This document shows, piece by piece, positions 40,901 through 54,132 of a stretch of DNA of 64,000 nucleotides. The notes under the pieces are model-generated. The model ran no database searches. It worked only from the letters and a program-made list of their open reading frames with translations, and was not told the origin of the DNA. Position 1 is the first letter of the stretch. Each line of letters opens with the position of its first letter. Where the stretch lies: contig OZ024743.1 in the NCBI GenBank assembly GCA_964016885.1, positions 44,888,001 to 44,952,000 of the forward strand. The letters run 5' to 3'. Made by a program: the position numbers and the translations under genes. Source of the stretch: Eledone cirrhosa. Lineage: Eukaryota.

Positions 40901-42739
40901 GCCGTCATTTTGATTGTATCCTATGCTAATCGATATCGAAACAATTGTAATATGCCAATAAGTTTGTATATATGCTGCAATATTGACTTCGACCTAACTT
41001 ACTATATATATATATATGAATGCATGTATAGTATATTTGATAATATACTATATGTTTTATTTTATATATATATAATATAGCCTCCTGTTATTTTATTCAT
41101 AATAATTAGCTCCATATTCGCACCACCAAATACACAAACGAAGACGGGTGAACTGCACTACGTTGAGTACTTTCCATAATATTACATCAAGATTGACCAT
41201 ACGGAATGACCAATTCTATCCAGTGGTGAACCAACAAACCTAAATAAATAATGCTCCAATAATGTTGAGCACTTCCATATGTAATATTGAACAGCGGCAC
41301 TGACTTCAGTGTACAGTTATTGCCAGCATGGGATTAACTGATCTATTACCATTCGGATTTTGGCTGCTCTGTGCTTTGTCTACCTCCCACCCTATCCAAT
41401 GCTGCTTCCTTTTCGGGAATATTCGGATTTTGACAAAATTCTACGTATTATACTTAAGCATGTATTGTATTGACTGAATTCTCTACTCTATACCTCAGGA
41501 CTTTTTTGTGACTCACACTGAATTCGGTGACACGAACTTTACACTAGGTACCACCTGATACCATTCCATCTCTTCCATCCTCTATATCTATATGTATAAC
41601 CTTGTATTATCTTACTGCAACTTGATCTATTTTGTATTTCCCCTTTGCTTTGATACCTCCAATATGTTCTTATATACTTCCTCCGTCTCACTACATCACT
41701 ACCCTAGCTATGACGGCGTTTTATTTATTTATTTTACTTTTTACTTTATTAATGTATCTTTGTATCCTGCTTTTATTCTTATTATTCCTTACTCAGGTGT
41801 TTATGCATCTTTCATAGTTCGCTACCCACCAAAGAACCACACTACTTATAACCCGGCGGACTAACTGGGACTTAAAAATAATTATAGCCTATTTTCATTG
41901 GGTTTAACCACTTTCGACTGATGTGGTGGCTTTCCCGGTTCTGCGCCGGGCGCTCGAAAAGTTCAGCCTTCCTTGAGTGCTTGGAAAAATAAATTTCGCC
42001 TCTTTCAGTAAATGAAATTACTCGGAACGGTTGGATTTGCCCTGGGGCCCTCCGCGGCGCCTGTTTTGACCGCCATATTATTCTTATACCTATAAACTCT
42101 GGGCTTAGGCATAACTGTTAGCTGTATCATGCCTCCCTCTACTGGCACTTAAATAAACCCCTCCTGTGTGAATTAATAGTATTCGTTTGGTAAAGACGAT
42201 GGCCTGTCGAAGATGGTAGACTTCCCGCTAACACACCCGAAGCCTATCACAGTTACGTTCCTAGAGTACTCGGAAAAATTAAATTTCCATTTATTTCGCT
42301 AGACGATACCACTCGAAACTGGCTGACACGTGGTTAGGAGGTGCTGGCTGGGATTTAAAATCGAAGGCCGTAATCTTTACTCCATATCCCACCTTGATAA
42401 CTTACAGGGATTCCCAATAATACACTTAAACCTTTTCATATAAGACTCTCTCTGTAATTTCATTAAATAAATCCCGCAACACAAACCTTTAATTTTCTAT
42501 TAATTTTCTAATTATTTTAAAAATTTCTTTTAACTCTTAATTTTTTTTACTTTTAATTTAATGTCATTCCTTAACTCTTAAAATAAGTTAACGTTCCAAT
42601 TTTCTCTTCACACATTTGACCATACAGACACCCATTATATATGCCTTTGTTAAAGTATAGGTTCTTTGGAATAACATTTTTCGCGGCGTTTTCTTGCCTG
42701 ACTGTAGTGTGACCCTTACCCTGACTTTTCTTTTTTGTT

Positions 42740-42818
<79 letters not shown>

Positions 42819-43139
42819 ACTCTTATTTTATTCTCTGACGGAGAGGTGGCAGTACATTATAAGCCTTCGCCCCTTCACCAGATGTAGACCGAATAGCCAT
42901 CACTTGGGGGCGACTGACCGAGGTGAAAACAGCTAGTTGGTCAGTCGTCCTCTCTGTCTCTGATTTTCGGACCCATGGATTTTTATATATTCCTTTGTTA
43001 TATTTCGAATATCATCGGATATCACCGAATATCACCGGATGATATCACCGGATTCATACGGAACCCGGTCATTGAAATGATTATAGTATAATAAACTTTT
43101 CAAGGATTTACCCCAGTCCAACCTCCTGTTATTTTATTC

Positions 43140-43184
<45 letters not shown>

Positions 43185-43428
43185 TACATATTAATAAATC
43201 GAAACTATATTTATAAAACCATAATTATTTTATTATATATATTTCAAGGGCAACCAAGGCAGTTTTGGTGCGCTTTCATCAGATAAAATACAAAATTTGT
43301 TTTATAAATGTTGACATATCCGTAGAAAAACAACCTTGGCGGTTGAAGGTTACCTGGATATTCCAGCGAACCTTCAACCGTCAATCTTATTGAGATTAAG
43401 TCTATCTTTTAAAAACCAGTCTTAATCA

Positions 43429-43509
<81 letters not shown>

Positions 43510-43511
<2 letters not shown>

Positions 43512-44445
43512 CGTTTCTGAATTTGTTTAGCAAGATTCTTTATCTGAAATCGTGTGTTGAAACCGATATTGTTATACTTTGGGAGGGTCATGTTGCCAAT
43601 AAGAAACACACGCACCAGTTGATTTCACTTCAATTTATTATATATTTATAAATTTATAAATTTACAAATCTACAAACCTATAAATTTCTGGTTGGTTGGT
43701 TGGTTCCACAACCAGATAGTTGTTTATATATAGTCATAGTCCGTTCGTCACACACTCTGTGACCTCTTCAGTGACTGGGGATTCCTTTCTTTGTTTCTGT
43801 GCCTTTCCTTTCTTCTGTCCTACGCCATTTTGTTTCTGTGTGTGTGTTGTGTGCTCAGTTTGCGCATGCGCCACATCCGGGTGTCTGTGTGTGTTTGTGT
43901 TCATTTATCTATTTGTTTATTTATTTACATGTTGTTGGTTGGTTGTTTGTTCTATGTGTGTGTGTGTTTTCATTTTGTCCTTAATTGTAAGTTGTGATGT
44001 TGCTGTTCCACTCATATTTTCTATTTAATTTTGGTTGTAATTCTTTTATGCTTACTGCCTCTGTAATTTGCCTAAACATTGCATCTTTTCTGTGTGTGGA
44101 TTCTATTTTCATTTCTATGTTCTCTAATTTACCCTTGTGTTCTATCTTAGCATGTTGGTAGAGTACAGATGATTCTTTATTATCTTGAAGGTCTCGCCAG
44201 TGTTCATTTATCCGTTCCCCTATACTACGAGCTGTCTCACCTATGTACACTATATTTTTGTTTCTACATTGTCCTTCAGTACATCTTATGCTATACACTA
44301 CATTTCTAGTTTTACAGTAAATATGGGGGCTTATTTTACAGGTTATACATTTCTTATCTATACATGAGGGTCTTTGGAACGGGTATGTCTTGCTAATAAG
44401 TGTTAATATGTCTTGCTAATAAGTGTTTTTACGGAGGTACCTGGT
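43510..44445 (-). mobile_element. 5'-truncated Penelope-like element (related subfamily) ending in (TA)n
   Basis: ORF 43981-44298 YSIRCTEGQC...YIGETARSIGERINEH (GIY-YIG). The pseudo-LTR has a hammerhead motif and the [15 protein letters not shown] start. Confidence 0.85.
43732..43776 (-). ncRNA. Hammerhead motif (GAAA->GAAC variant)
   Basis: agtca-CTGAAGA-g-gtcac(agagtgt)gtgac-GAAC-ggac-TA-tgact. Confidence 0.6.
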
Positions 44446-44474
44446 ACCAGGTACCTCCGTAAAAACACTTATTA
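44417..44474. repeat. Perfect 58-bp palindrome at the PLE 5' truncation point
   Basis: taataagtgtttttacggaggtacctggt|accaggtacctccgtaaaaacacttatta. Confidence 0.9.
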
Positions 44475-44617
44475 CTGGTACTTTATTTTATCGAACACGT
44501 AAGGATGAAAGGTAAAGGTAACCTCGGCGGGATTTGAACTCAGATGATAAAGGGCCGTAACTCTATGCTGTGAGGCATGGCGTCCGACCCTCTACCGATA
44601 CTGCCAATCCACCGCCC
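44471..44617 (-). mobile_element. tRNA-derived SINE, family A (3' truncated)
   Basis: Intact head gggcggtggattggcagtatcggt on the minus strand. Confidence 0.88.
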
Positions 44618-45013
44618 TAATATTAATAATAATATTATATTGTAAAATAATGTTGGGTGACGGTACGGTCATTCACATATCCCAGATATCATACCGTGGT
44701 CGCAGCATATTCGAGTGGTTATGAAGTTCGCTTTGAAATCCTTAGGTCCGGGTTTGGTCTTACTGTGTTGTCTCTTAGACGTACCATATTGTCAGGTCGA
44801 TTCATGCGTTTCAGGGAAATTGGTTATACGAAAGCTGTTTGGAAGGCCGTCGAATGGACTGTACCCGTACATGAAGCAACCAGCCATGTCACACGTTGTG
44901 CCATGTTGAAGATACACGTGTCTGTGGAATTCTCAGCCACTTGTCGGGAATTTCCTGAGCAGACTGCACCTGTCAACTAAAAACTGAAACGCTCATCATC
45001 GAAACCGATACTT

Positions 45014-45183
45014 CTTCCTCTGCATCCTCCACGGTGATGTCGAGTCTCCGGAGATCTTCCCTGATGATATCCAGCCATCTGGTGCGAGGCCTCTCGCGGG
45101 ACCATTTCCAACCTGTAGCCACTGCGTCGAACGGGAATAAGGCCCTGGTAGGATGGTCTGGTGGAAAGCGGAGGATATATCCG
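45014..45183 (-). mobile_element. RTE-clade LINE C-terminal fragment
   Basis: GYILRFPPDHPTRAL...GWKWSRERPRTRWLDIIREDLRRL matches the RTE GH.LR...KR.RGRP..RW.D.I..DL motif. Confidence 0.7.
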
Positions 45184-45186
45184 TCT

Positions 45187-45608
45187 GAAAGTGTTAAATA
45201 ATTGTTTCTACTTTTGGCACAAGGCCAGCAATTATCCCAGTGTATTACTGGTACTTTTTATATCGACCCCGTAAGGATGAAAGACAAAGTTAACCTCGGC
45301 GAATTTGAACTCAGACTATAAAGGGCCGTAACTCTTTGCAGCAAAGCATGGTGTCCGACCCTCAACCAATACTGCCAATCCACCGCCCGAAAGAGTTAAA
45401 TAATTGTTTCTACTTTAGGCACAAGGCCAGCAATTATCCAGTGCATTACTGGTACTTTATTTTATCGACCCCGTAAGGATGAAAGGCAAAGTCAACCTCG
45501 GCGGGATTTGAACTCAGATCGTAAAGGGACGTAACTATGCTGGAAAGCATGGCGTCCGACCCTCTACCGATACTGCCAATCCACCGCCCTCCGAAAGTGT
45601 TAAATAAT
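45187..45608 (-). mobile_element. Two tandem family A SINEs with a triplicated 16-bp target
   Basis: gaaagtgttaaataat at 45187, 45389 (1 mismatch) and 45593. Confidence 0.9.
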
Positions 45609-46139
45609 GTCAATGAAACGTTAACCGTAAACTATTTCTGCTGTCTCAAAATGATTTTAATTGGACATAAAGAAAATATATATATTTTAATGTGGCAAAA
45701 ACACAAGCATTAACACACACAGGAACGACATTTCTCAACATGTTTTTCTTTAATTCTTGAGATGATGACAATAATGGCTACAATCATATATATTTTTGTT
45801 CATTATTTCACAATTTGAAACATTGTAATTAGATTTTCATCTTATCAACATAAGAACCAAGTCTGAATGAAGTTATAACAGACTTGGTGGCACCGTAAAG
45901 GTATGATTTATATATAGAGCAGATGTTAATTCCTATATTCATGTTAAACTCTACTGTTCTCTTGTATCCAGCATATATAATAATTCTTTTTTAAATATCA
46001 CTTAAATTATTTAGTGGTTGTGAATTGACATAGTCATCAGAACGTCGAATAGAATGTGTTATATTCTTTCAACTCTCAGCGCTCTTAGTTAAAATCCTGC
46101 GGGTGGATAAACTAAAGTACCAGCCCAGTACATATACCG

Positions 46140-46214
<75 letters not shown>

Positions 46215-46995
46215 GTGGAAGAAATTAGCTGTGTAGAAATCTTAAAAGGAATGGGCTAACCAAGTTTTAAAACGGCAATGACACGCCATGTATCAGTATC
46301 ACGACGACGCTCCTACAATGATAACAGGAGTTCAGGCCCCAGGGATGGATGGATGGTGAGGTGTAAATGTTTCAGCAATATCACTGAAGCAGTGTGATTC
46401 ACAATAAAAGTATGTGCTTATAGACTCATAGGGTTTGTAAATAAATTATTCTTGTTGAAATCTGTATATATAATACAAGTTTGTCCGATTAGTATTAATC
46501 TAACATAATTTTAAATAAATGTGTATCTAGACCCATATACAATGTGTGCGGATAATAAACATTCATCTAGTTTCAATGAATTTTAAACTGTTATCACAAC
46601 AAAACTAATTTGGTATCGGCTATGTGCGATGTATATTTGTATTTAATCCTTATGCCTCGCTTAAGACGAAATACTAACTAAGGCATTTTGTTCTATACGT
46701 AAATAAGCTTCCAAGATTAGTTTGTTTATAAAATCTATAAGACTTTGCCGTCTTCCATACATCGTAACTGAAATACATGTATACATCTCTCTTACACCGA
46801 TACTAAGGTGGCTGTGGCCATATCAAACATTAACATACAGTAAAATGAAATATATATGTGTTACGTCATACATAAACGTATTGTATGTGAGTCCATATAC
46901 AACATTTTGTATAAATTATGGTTTCATCACAGTTGTGTGCCGTACTCTTGCCATAATGATATGGATTACATTATTTCACTAGGATTATCCACGAT

Positions 46996-47185
46996 GGTAG
47001 ATTGGCAGTATCGGTAGAGTGTCAAGACAAATGTTTTGCAGCATAGAGTTATGGGCCTTTACATTCTGAGTTCAAATCCCGCCAAGGTTAGTTTTGCGTT
47101 TCATCCTTACGGGGTCGATAAAATAAAGCACCAGTAATGCACTGGTGTAATTGCTGGCCTTGTGCCAAAAGTAGAAACAATTATT
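46996..47185 (+). mobile_element. tRNA-derived SINE, family A
   Basis: A/B boxes and TSD-like ttatttcact. Confidence 0.88.
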
Positions 47186-48647
47186 TCACTTGGATAGAAA
47201 GAAAATGGCTGTTTTTAATTAAAGTGGCACCCTCCCATTGCCACATCCCCTCACAGCACTTTATTTTAGCGTCCCCCGGAAGAATGGAATATCTGTAAAA
47301 CTTCTTGGATTTGACCTCCGTATGGAATCAGTCAGAAACTCCTACACGGTATTGGTCCGATGCTCTAACGATTCTGCCAATTCATAGATTTAAAATATTA
47401 TAATATTGACACTATGATTTCAAATGTTATATGGTATTTTATTACATCCTAGCTTCCCCCCTCCACTCACTATAGCTTACTCTTCTTACGTTGCCCTGAA
47501 CCACACGCACAATGGAAAAACTACATCATCCACTATACATACAAATACCTTGCTTGAGATGCACCAACGCATTAGCAATAAATATATAAGAATTAAAAAC
47601 ATATATGTGGATTCGCTCTTGGAATCAGGTTTCCATGACAGAGCTTAATATCTTTTGATCACATCTCATGAATAAGCAGAAACGCAATTGCTATCTGATA
47701 ATCTACGAATTTGTTTTTGAAAATACATTTATATTATATTTTTGGAAAAGTTTGGCATTTTGTCAATAATTCTAAATAATTGCTATAGTGAACGGCATCC
47801 ATTTTCTTACTGTCAACTACTTAGTGAAATTAATCTAAATATAATTACACCTTAATAATTCGCCCGTTCTTTTTCATTCGATGAAAGCATTTTTATAATA
47901 CTGTCAATGATTTTACATAATTTTATTGGCATCTTCTTTCTGTTTTCTCACAAATAACATTATCTACTTTAACATCACTCCCCATCATTTATTTTTATTT
48001 TTCAACGCTAATCCTAGTTTACTTGAGATAACTTTCCATTGCATATCGGTAATATATTAGAAAGGTACATTCTAAATATATGCCTTCTTTTCTGCATGTG
48101 TGTGGGTGGGTGTATATGTAGATATGTATGTATATATGTATATGTAGATATGTATATATATATTTATATATATATATATATAAAGAGATTGAGAGGGGGA
48201 GAGAGAAAGAGTGATATAGAGAGATAGATACACAGATAAAACGATAGATATTCATACATGTCTTCCTAACGGCAAATATACAAGCTTATGTCATACACAG
48301 ATGAAATTACAAGCCATTAATGCAAGTGTAAGTTATGCAACATTTAAGACGTTTAAGTACATATACGTATAATTGTATGTATATGAGAATATGTGTATTA
48401 TTCCTTATAGATACGTATACATAATTCAAATCGTATAACTTTCATACATTCATATACGAAACAGACACACAGAGAGTAGTAATAATGCTCACACATGAAA
48501 AGCACTGCTCCAGCACACACATAACACCCATGACACACCTGAACTTTCCAGCTCGGCGTTTACTTCAGAATGCCAGAAAACTCATCCCCAGCCTTCTTAA
48601 AACTTGCTTTTTTTTTCAAACTTTTCTGTCTGTCTCCGAACTCTCCA

Positions 48648-48683
48648 TTTCCTGAAAAAGGACTTTTGTCCGAAATATCGAAC
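48648..48683 (+). ncRNA. Degenerate minimal hammerhead motif
   Basis: ttc-CTGAAAA-a-ggac(tttt)gtcc-GAAA-ta-TC-gaa, with G8->A. Confidence 0.45.
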
Positions 48684-49363
48684 CCCTTTTTGTTACTTCC
48701 GTGATACTAAGACGTTGTGTTGTGTGCGCGTTTGAATCCTGTCCTTTCTTTAACTATATATATGTATATATATATATATTCAAATCAACAAACAGCGAAA
48801 GACGCGTTCCGAGTTGTCCGACAGACAACCTTTTCCCCCACCCCGGAAAAAACCCCACTTGATGGATGTGAATCCGAAATATATAGGGACTATTAAATCT
48901 CTCCCAAGGTATCTCTCTCTCTTGTGTTGTTATTACTATTTTTACCCTTTTACTCTTCCCTTCATTCTACACATCTCACACATCTTATACACACCACGCA
49001 TCTCAACGTACACACACTTACATATCTCTCTCTCCACCACCGGACCTTGTTACCCGGATATTTACCCATTTGCATTGTCGAGGCTTCCAAACGACTTATA
49101 CATTTTTTTTTTTTTTTTATTCAAAATATTAATAAATAGAGACATTCACGTAATCAAAATATATGTCTTATTATATATATTTCGAAGGTACTCGGCTTTT
49201 TTTTCAGGACGTCCTCATCAGATAAAATACATAAATTGATTTATATATGTATATATATATATATATATGAATGTATGTATAGTATATTTGGCAATATTTA
49301 ATTAAAAACATTTTGAAGACCATACGCTATCGGCTTTAAAGTGGTGACTATGTCACTTACTTC

Positions 49364-49452
49364 TTTTCGGCGAAAGAAGGGATAGAAGCTAACAGTCTGT
49401 TTCACGCTGTTGGCGATCATCAGAGCCACGTACTCCCCGCTTTCGCCGAAAA
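49364..49452 (-). ncRNA. Type I hammerhead ribozyme with extended, bulged stem I
   Basis: ggct-CTGATGA-t-cgc(caaca)gcg-t-GAAA-cagactg-TT-agct, closed by a 13-bp stem ttttcggcgaaag / ctttcgccgaaaa. Confidence 0.75.
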
Positions 49453-49544
49453 TTATAGAAGCTGGATTCTTATAGAATTCCAGTAATAATTAGGTACTAT
49501 ACATGCAATCATATATACATCGCTATTTCAGAGCACCAATCCTA

Positions 49545-49581
<37 letters not shown>

Positions 49582-49657
49582 CTCTCTCACTCTCAAAAGC
49601 GTTAACCTAATAAACTACCATTTGTACTGCCTCTCTGTTTTTTGTTCCTGTCTAATA

Positions 49658-49690
<33 letters not shown>

Positions 49691-49720
49691 TTACACACAC
49701 ACATAAATACGTATGTCTAA

Positions 49721-49766
<46 letters not shown>

Positions 49767-50130
49767 CTATGCATATATATGTATATATATAACAAATGAA
49801 AAAGATATATGTGTATATAGAGAGGAAGAGCCATATATGGTAAAGGAGACAGTGTATGTTGAATATATACCAAATACATATTACATAGAAGAATATGTAC
49901 ACAAATGGAATCGTTAGACAGACCTTATAGCGCTATTTCATATCCCGAAGAGTGTAGCTTAAAATCTGTCAATGATCAATATAATCGATCATCAAAGACA
50001 AACTATCAATTTTCAATTATCACAGGAGACTCGGAATACTCATCAGTGGTTAGTCTCACCATTCTAAGTGAAATAAGAATCAAAATGGTACATTAGACAA
50101 TATACTTGACAATAACGTATATTGAGCTCG

Positions 50131-50166
<36 letters not shown>

Positions 50167-50316
50167 AATAATAATAAATTTGAAGACTAAAATCCAAAGA
50201 GGGCTCGATAAAGATAAATATATATCAAATATATAAGAACCCTAGAGCAAATATTTATTAAAATAACAAATTAAGGTTTAACCAAAGAATCGCTGCTTTC
50301 ACCCTTAACGGGATCT

Positions 50317-50402
<86 letters not shown>

Positions 50403-50404
50403 AG

Positions 50405-50571
50405 AGTCAGGACCCCGACGGCAGAGCTCATGCCGTTTCGGCAGCTATTTCTGGATAATGCCGTTGTGGTCCGGTCCTGACTATTTTCTTATTACCCACT
50501 CTACTTCCCTAAGTATCGAGTACTCTGGTGCGTTATGGTCCACCCGGTTCCTGACCACACTTCCTTCGTTA
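50405..50571. mobile_element. Microsatellite-embedded repeat, family P
   Basis: gaccccgacggcagagctc...gccgtttcg and attacccactctacttccctaagtatcgag blocks. Confidence 0.65.
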
Positions 50572-50614
50572 TATATATATCTATATCTATACATATGTAT
50601 ATATATATCTATAC

Positions 50615-50646
<32 letters not shown>

Positions 50647-51150
50647 GAGTGCAGGTGTGTCTGTATGTATACGTAAATACAGAGGTGTGATGTATTGAAC
50701 ACTATACAACATAAATTCTAATTAGAGACAGTCGACAAAGACCAAATAAAATTTCCTTTTCTCTCCTAAGAAGAAGGGGGGAGGATTTTGCGAAATTAAG
50801 CACAAATTTTCGACTTTTGTTTTCAGATTTGATTACCTAAAATATATCTTTTGATAGCTTTCTTAATTTAGGCATTGAATATTTCTATCTTCCCACCAGA
50901 TCTACTATTTTCGATTTTTATTTTATATAGAAAATGGGATTAGTGCATATTTGATGAAGGGTAACACTATTACGGTATTCCCTGTACGTCTTTCACTTAG
51001 TTATAGTTATTCATGCTATTGGCTTTTTAAGCTCCCCTTCTTAACCAATTTGCATTTAATCTTTTAAATTATCCCTGTACAAAACGTACTAAACTTTATT
51101 TCTGCAAGTACATGTATAAATATCTGGTTGTGTATAAAAATAGGACTGAT

Positions 51151-51195
51151 TTATGCTGACGAAATCAATAAATAGACCGAAACTTGTGTCCATAA
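51151..51195 (+). ncRNA. Type I hammerhead motif
   Basis: ttatg-CTGACGA-aatcaataaatagacc-GAAA-c(ttgt)g-TC-cataa. Stem I is a perfect 5 bp and stem II is eroded. Confidence 0.6.
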
Positions 51196-51731
51196 TTATT
51201 CCTTACCTGCAAACAAAACTTAGATTGTCGTATCCGAAGCATAAAAGCAAGTCGAGAATTTTCATTAATTACATTAAGATCTCACATCCTTCTCTAGGAA
51301 GCTGCTAAAAGATACAGCTGAGTCTTTCCTCTCTGTTTCTAATTCAGACAGAAATTGCAATAAATTAAGAATTTGGTGTCTACAACATCCAGTTCACCAA
51401 CATCTTAACTTCAGCATTTAAATTCATGCTATTGGCGTCTTTTAGTCATTTATACCATTTCCGTTTTCCGCACACACACACACACACACATACACACACA
51501 CACATACACACAACACATACATACCTGCGTACATACATACTTACATACATATATACATACATACTTAGATACATATATACATGATGGCTTCCCCCTCGTT
51601 ATCGAGTATGGCCATTGCACAAGAAAAAAAACAAAATAAAAATAAAAATAATAAAAATAATAAAAAAATAATAATAATAAATAAATAAATAAAATAATAA
51701 AAAAAATAATAAAATAAATTAAAAAAAAAAA

Positions 51732-51878
<147 letters not shown>

Positions 51879-51879
51879 A

Positions 51880-52337
51880 TTTGAATATGTATAATAAAGC
51901 AAAAACAATGCAGGTATGGACATAGAATAAAGAATGCAAATGCAAAAGATATTGTTGACAATTAGTCTTTTACCTTAGATTTATTTAAGTGTCCTTAATT
52001 TTCGAGATAATATCTCTTCTTCAGAGGGAAATAAAAAAAAAATAAAAAAAAAACACTTTTAAAGGGAGACTACTCTTTATCCACCTAATTTTAACTATTT
52101 GCATTACAGATAGAACAGATACTCCATACCATTTCCTGTCAGCATAACTTGGCAATCTATTTAGAACGCTGGTTTGAGACCTTTATTTCCCTCTGAAGAA
52201 GAGATATTATCTCGAAAATTAAGGACATTTAAATAAATCTAAGGTAAAAGACTAATTGTCAACAATATCTTTTGCATTTGCATTCTTTATTCTATGTCCA
52301 TACCTGCATTGTTTTGGCTTTATTATACATATTCAAA
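51880..52337. repeat. Fold-back unit with 156-bp arms (51880-52035 / 52182-52337), hammerhead in each arm
   Basis: About 2 mismatches, 146-bp spacer, abutting (TA)n. Confidence 0.9.
52188..52226 (+). ncRNA. Minimal type I hammerhead (mirror copy at 51991-52029, minus strand)
   Basis: cct-CTGAAGA-a-gagat(att)atctc-GAAA-at-TA-agg, with palindromic stem III aatt. Confidence 0.7.
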
Positions 52338-52480
52338 CTTGTATACCTCATTACACAATGCTTCAAGTGAACTATAACCTCCTCCATATATATATATATT
52401 TATATATATATATATATATACACACACATACATATATATATATGCACATACATATACATACACATATATTAATAACAAAA

Positions 52481-52516
<36 letters not shown>

Positions 52517-52518
<2 letters not shown>

Positions 52519-53920
52519 TTTCAGCAGTGATATATGTATGCAGTTTGGTATTGGTAAATGTGGAGTCATTGTGATGAGGAGGGGTAGGTTGAGCAGAAGT
52601 AACGGGATCCAGATACCAACAGGTGAGATGATAAAGGAAATTGACTCTGAGGAAGGATACAAGTATTTGGGCGTTCTGGAGGCTGATGGCATAAAGAACA
52701 AAAAAATGAAGGAATTGTTAAGAACTGAATACATTCGGAGAGTAAGGAGCGTATTGAAGTCACATCTGAACAGCAGAAATGCCATAAGCGCAGTAAATTC
52801 CCGAGCTGTGTCTATTATTAGGTACAGTGCGGGAATTCTGAGATGGAATGTTGCTGAACAAAAAGAAATGGATAGGAAGACTAGGAAGCTATTGACTATC
52901 TACAACATGTTCCACAAGAGGAGTGATGTCGATAGACTCTACCTAAGGAGATCTGAGGGTGGAAGAGGTCTTATCAGCATAGAGGACTGTGTTCAGATGG
53001 AGAAAAACAACCTATACAAATACGTGACCTATAGTAAGGAGCCAATGCTCAGAGCTGTACTGAAGGAGGGGACAGTAGGCCAGGGGATACCCAAGGAGGA
53101 AATAACATCAAGGAGGAAGAGCAGCCTTAAGGGAAAATCCCTTCATAGTACCTTCTTTGAGAAAACTGAATTTAGAGATCCACAGACATGGAACTGGTTG
53201 AGAAGAGGAGACCTCAAAAAGGCTACAGAAGGAATGCTAATGGCTGCGCAGGAGCAGGCCCTCAAAACGAAGTGGTTGAAGCACCATATCTACAAGGAGA
53301 AGGCTAGCCCACTGTGCAGGATCTGTGGAGAGAGAGAGGAGACTGTGGCTCACATTGTGTCCGAGTGTAAACACCTAGCCCAGACCCACTATAAGGGCTG
53401 GAGACACGATGTGATGGGCAGGGTGATCCACTGGCACCTGTGCAAAGTAAACAATCTACCACATTCTGAGAAATGGTATGAGCATAGGCTAGAGGCGGTG
53501 ATGGAGAACAGTCAGGTGAAGGTGCTGTGGGATTTTAGGATACAGACGGACAAAAAACTGGAACACAATAGACCTGACCTGGTGGTTGTGGACAAAGAAA
53601 AAAGATCGTGCCTGATTGTGGATGTGGCCTGCCCGTTCGACACGAGAGTGCAAGAGAAGGAGAGGGAGAAAATTAACCGATACCAGGACCTAAAGTGGGA
53701 GGTGAAAAGGATTTGGAACTGCCATGAAGTCAAAGTGATCCCGATTGTCATAGGCGCACTGGGGACTATCTCCAAAGGTTTCCAGGGATGGTTAAAGAAA
53801 ATCGGCCCCTTCACGCTTTTTGGAACGCTTCAAAAGGCATGCTTGATATTCAATGTGTGGCTTGATATTCAATCCAACGGACTTTCCAGTTAACCAACAT
53901 CAATGACTGAGATTCAAGGA
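52517..53920 (+). mobile_element. 5'-truncated R4/Dong-like RLE retrotransposon in (TAA)n
   Basis: Nearly identical to 57365-58809, with CCHC and PD..D..K motifs. TAA repeats lie on both sides. Confidence 0.92.
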
Positions 53921-53931
53921 ATAACAATAAC

Positions 53932-53966
<35 letters not shown>

Positions 53967-54132
53967 GGGAAGAAGACGCACGAGGTGACGGAGGTCATGA
54001 AATCGCTCCCGTAAGTTTTGAATTTTTAACATATTTAAATCATTTGTGAAATAACAACTCTTAGTACAAATGCTACATAAAGCACCCGGCTTGAGCCCCA
54101 AAAAAATTCGGACCCAAAATATATTGTTATAA

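Noticed and set aside
43240-50320. Additional hammerhead-like cores at about 43277(-), 49214(-), 50039(-) and 50300(-), and also 40911(+) and 32678(+)
   Set aside because: The core or stems I/III are too eroded to call, although they may be decayed copies.
52256-52516. N-terminal part of the 545-aa ORF
   Set aside because: Chance read-through from the fold-back arm and microsatellites into a truncated Dong copy.
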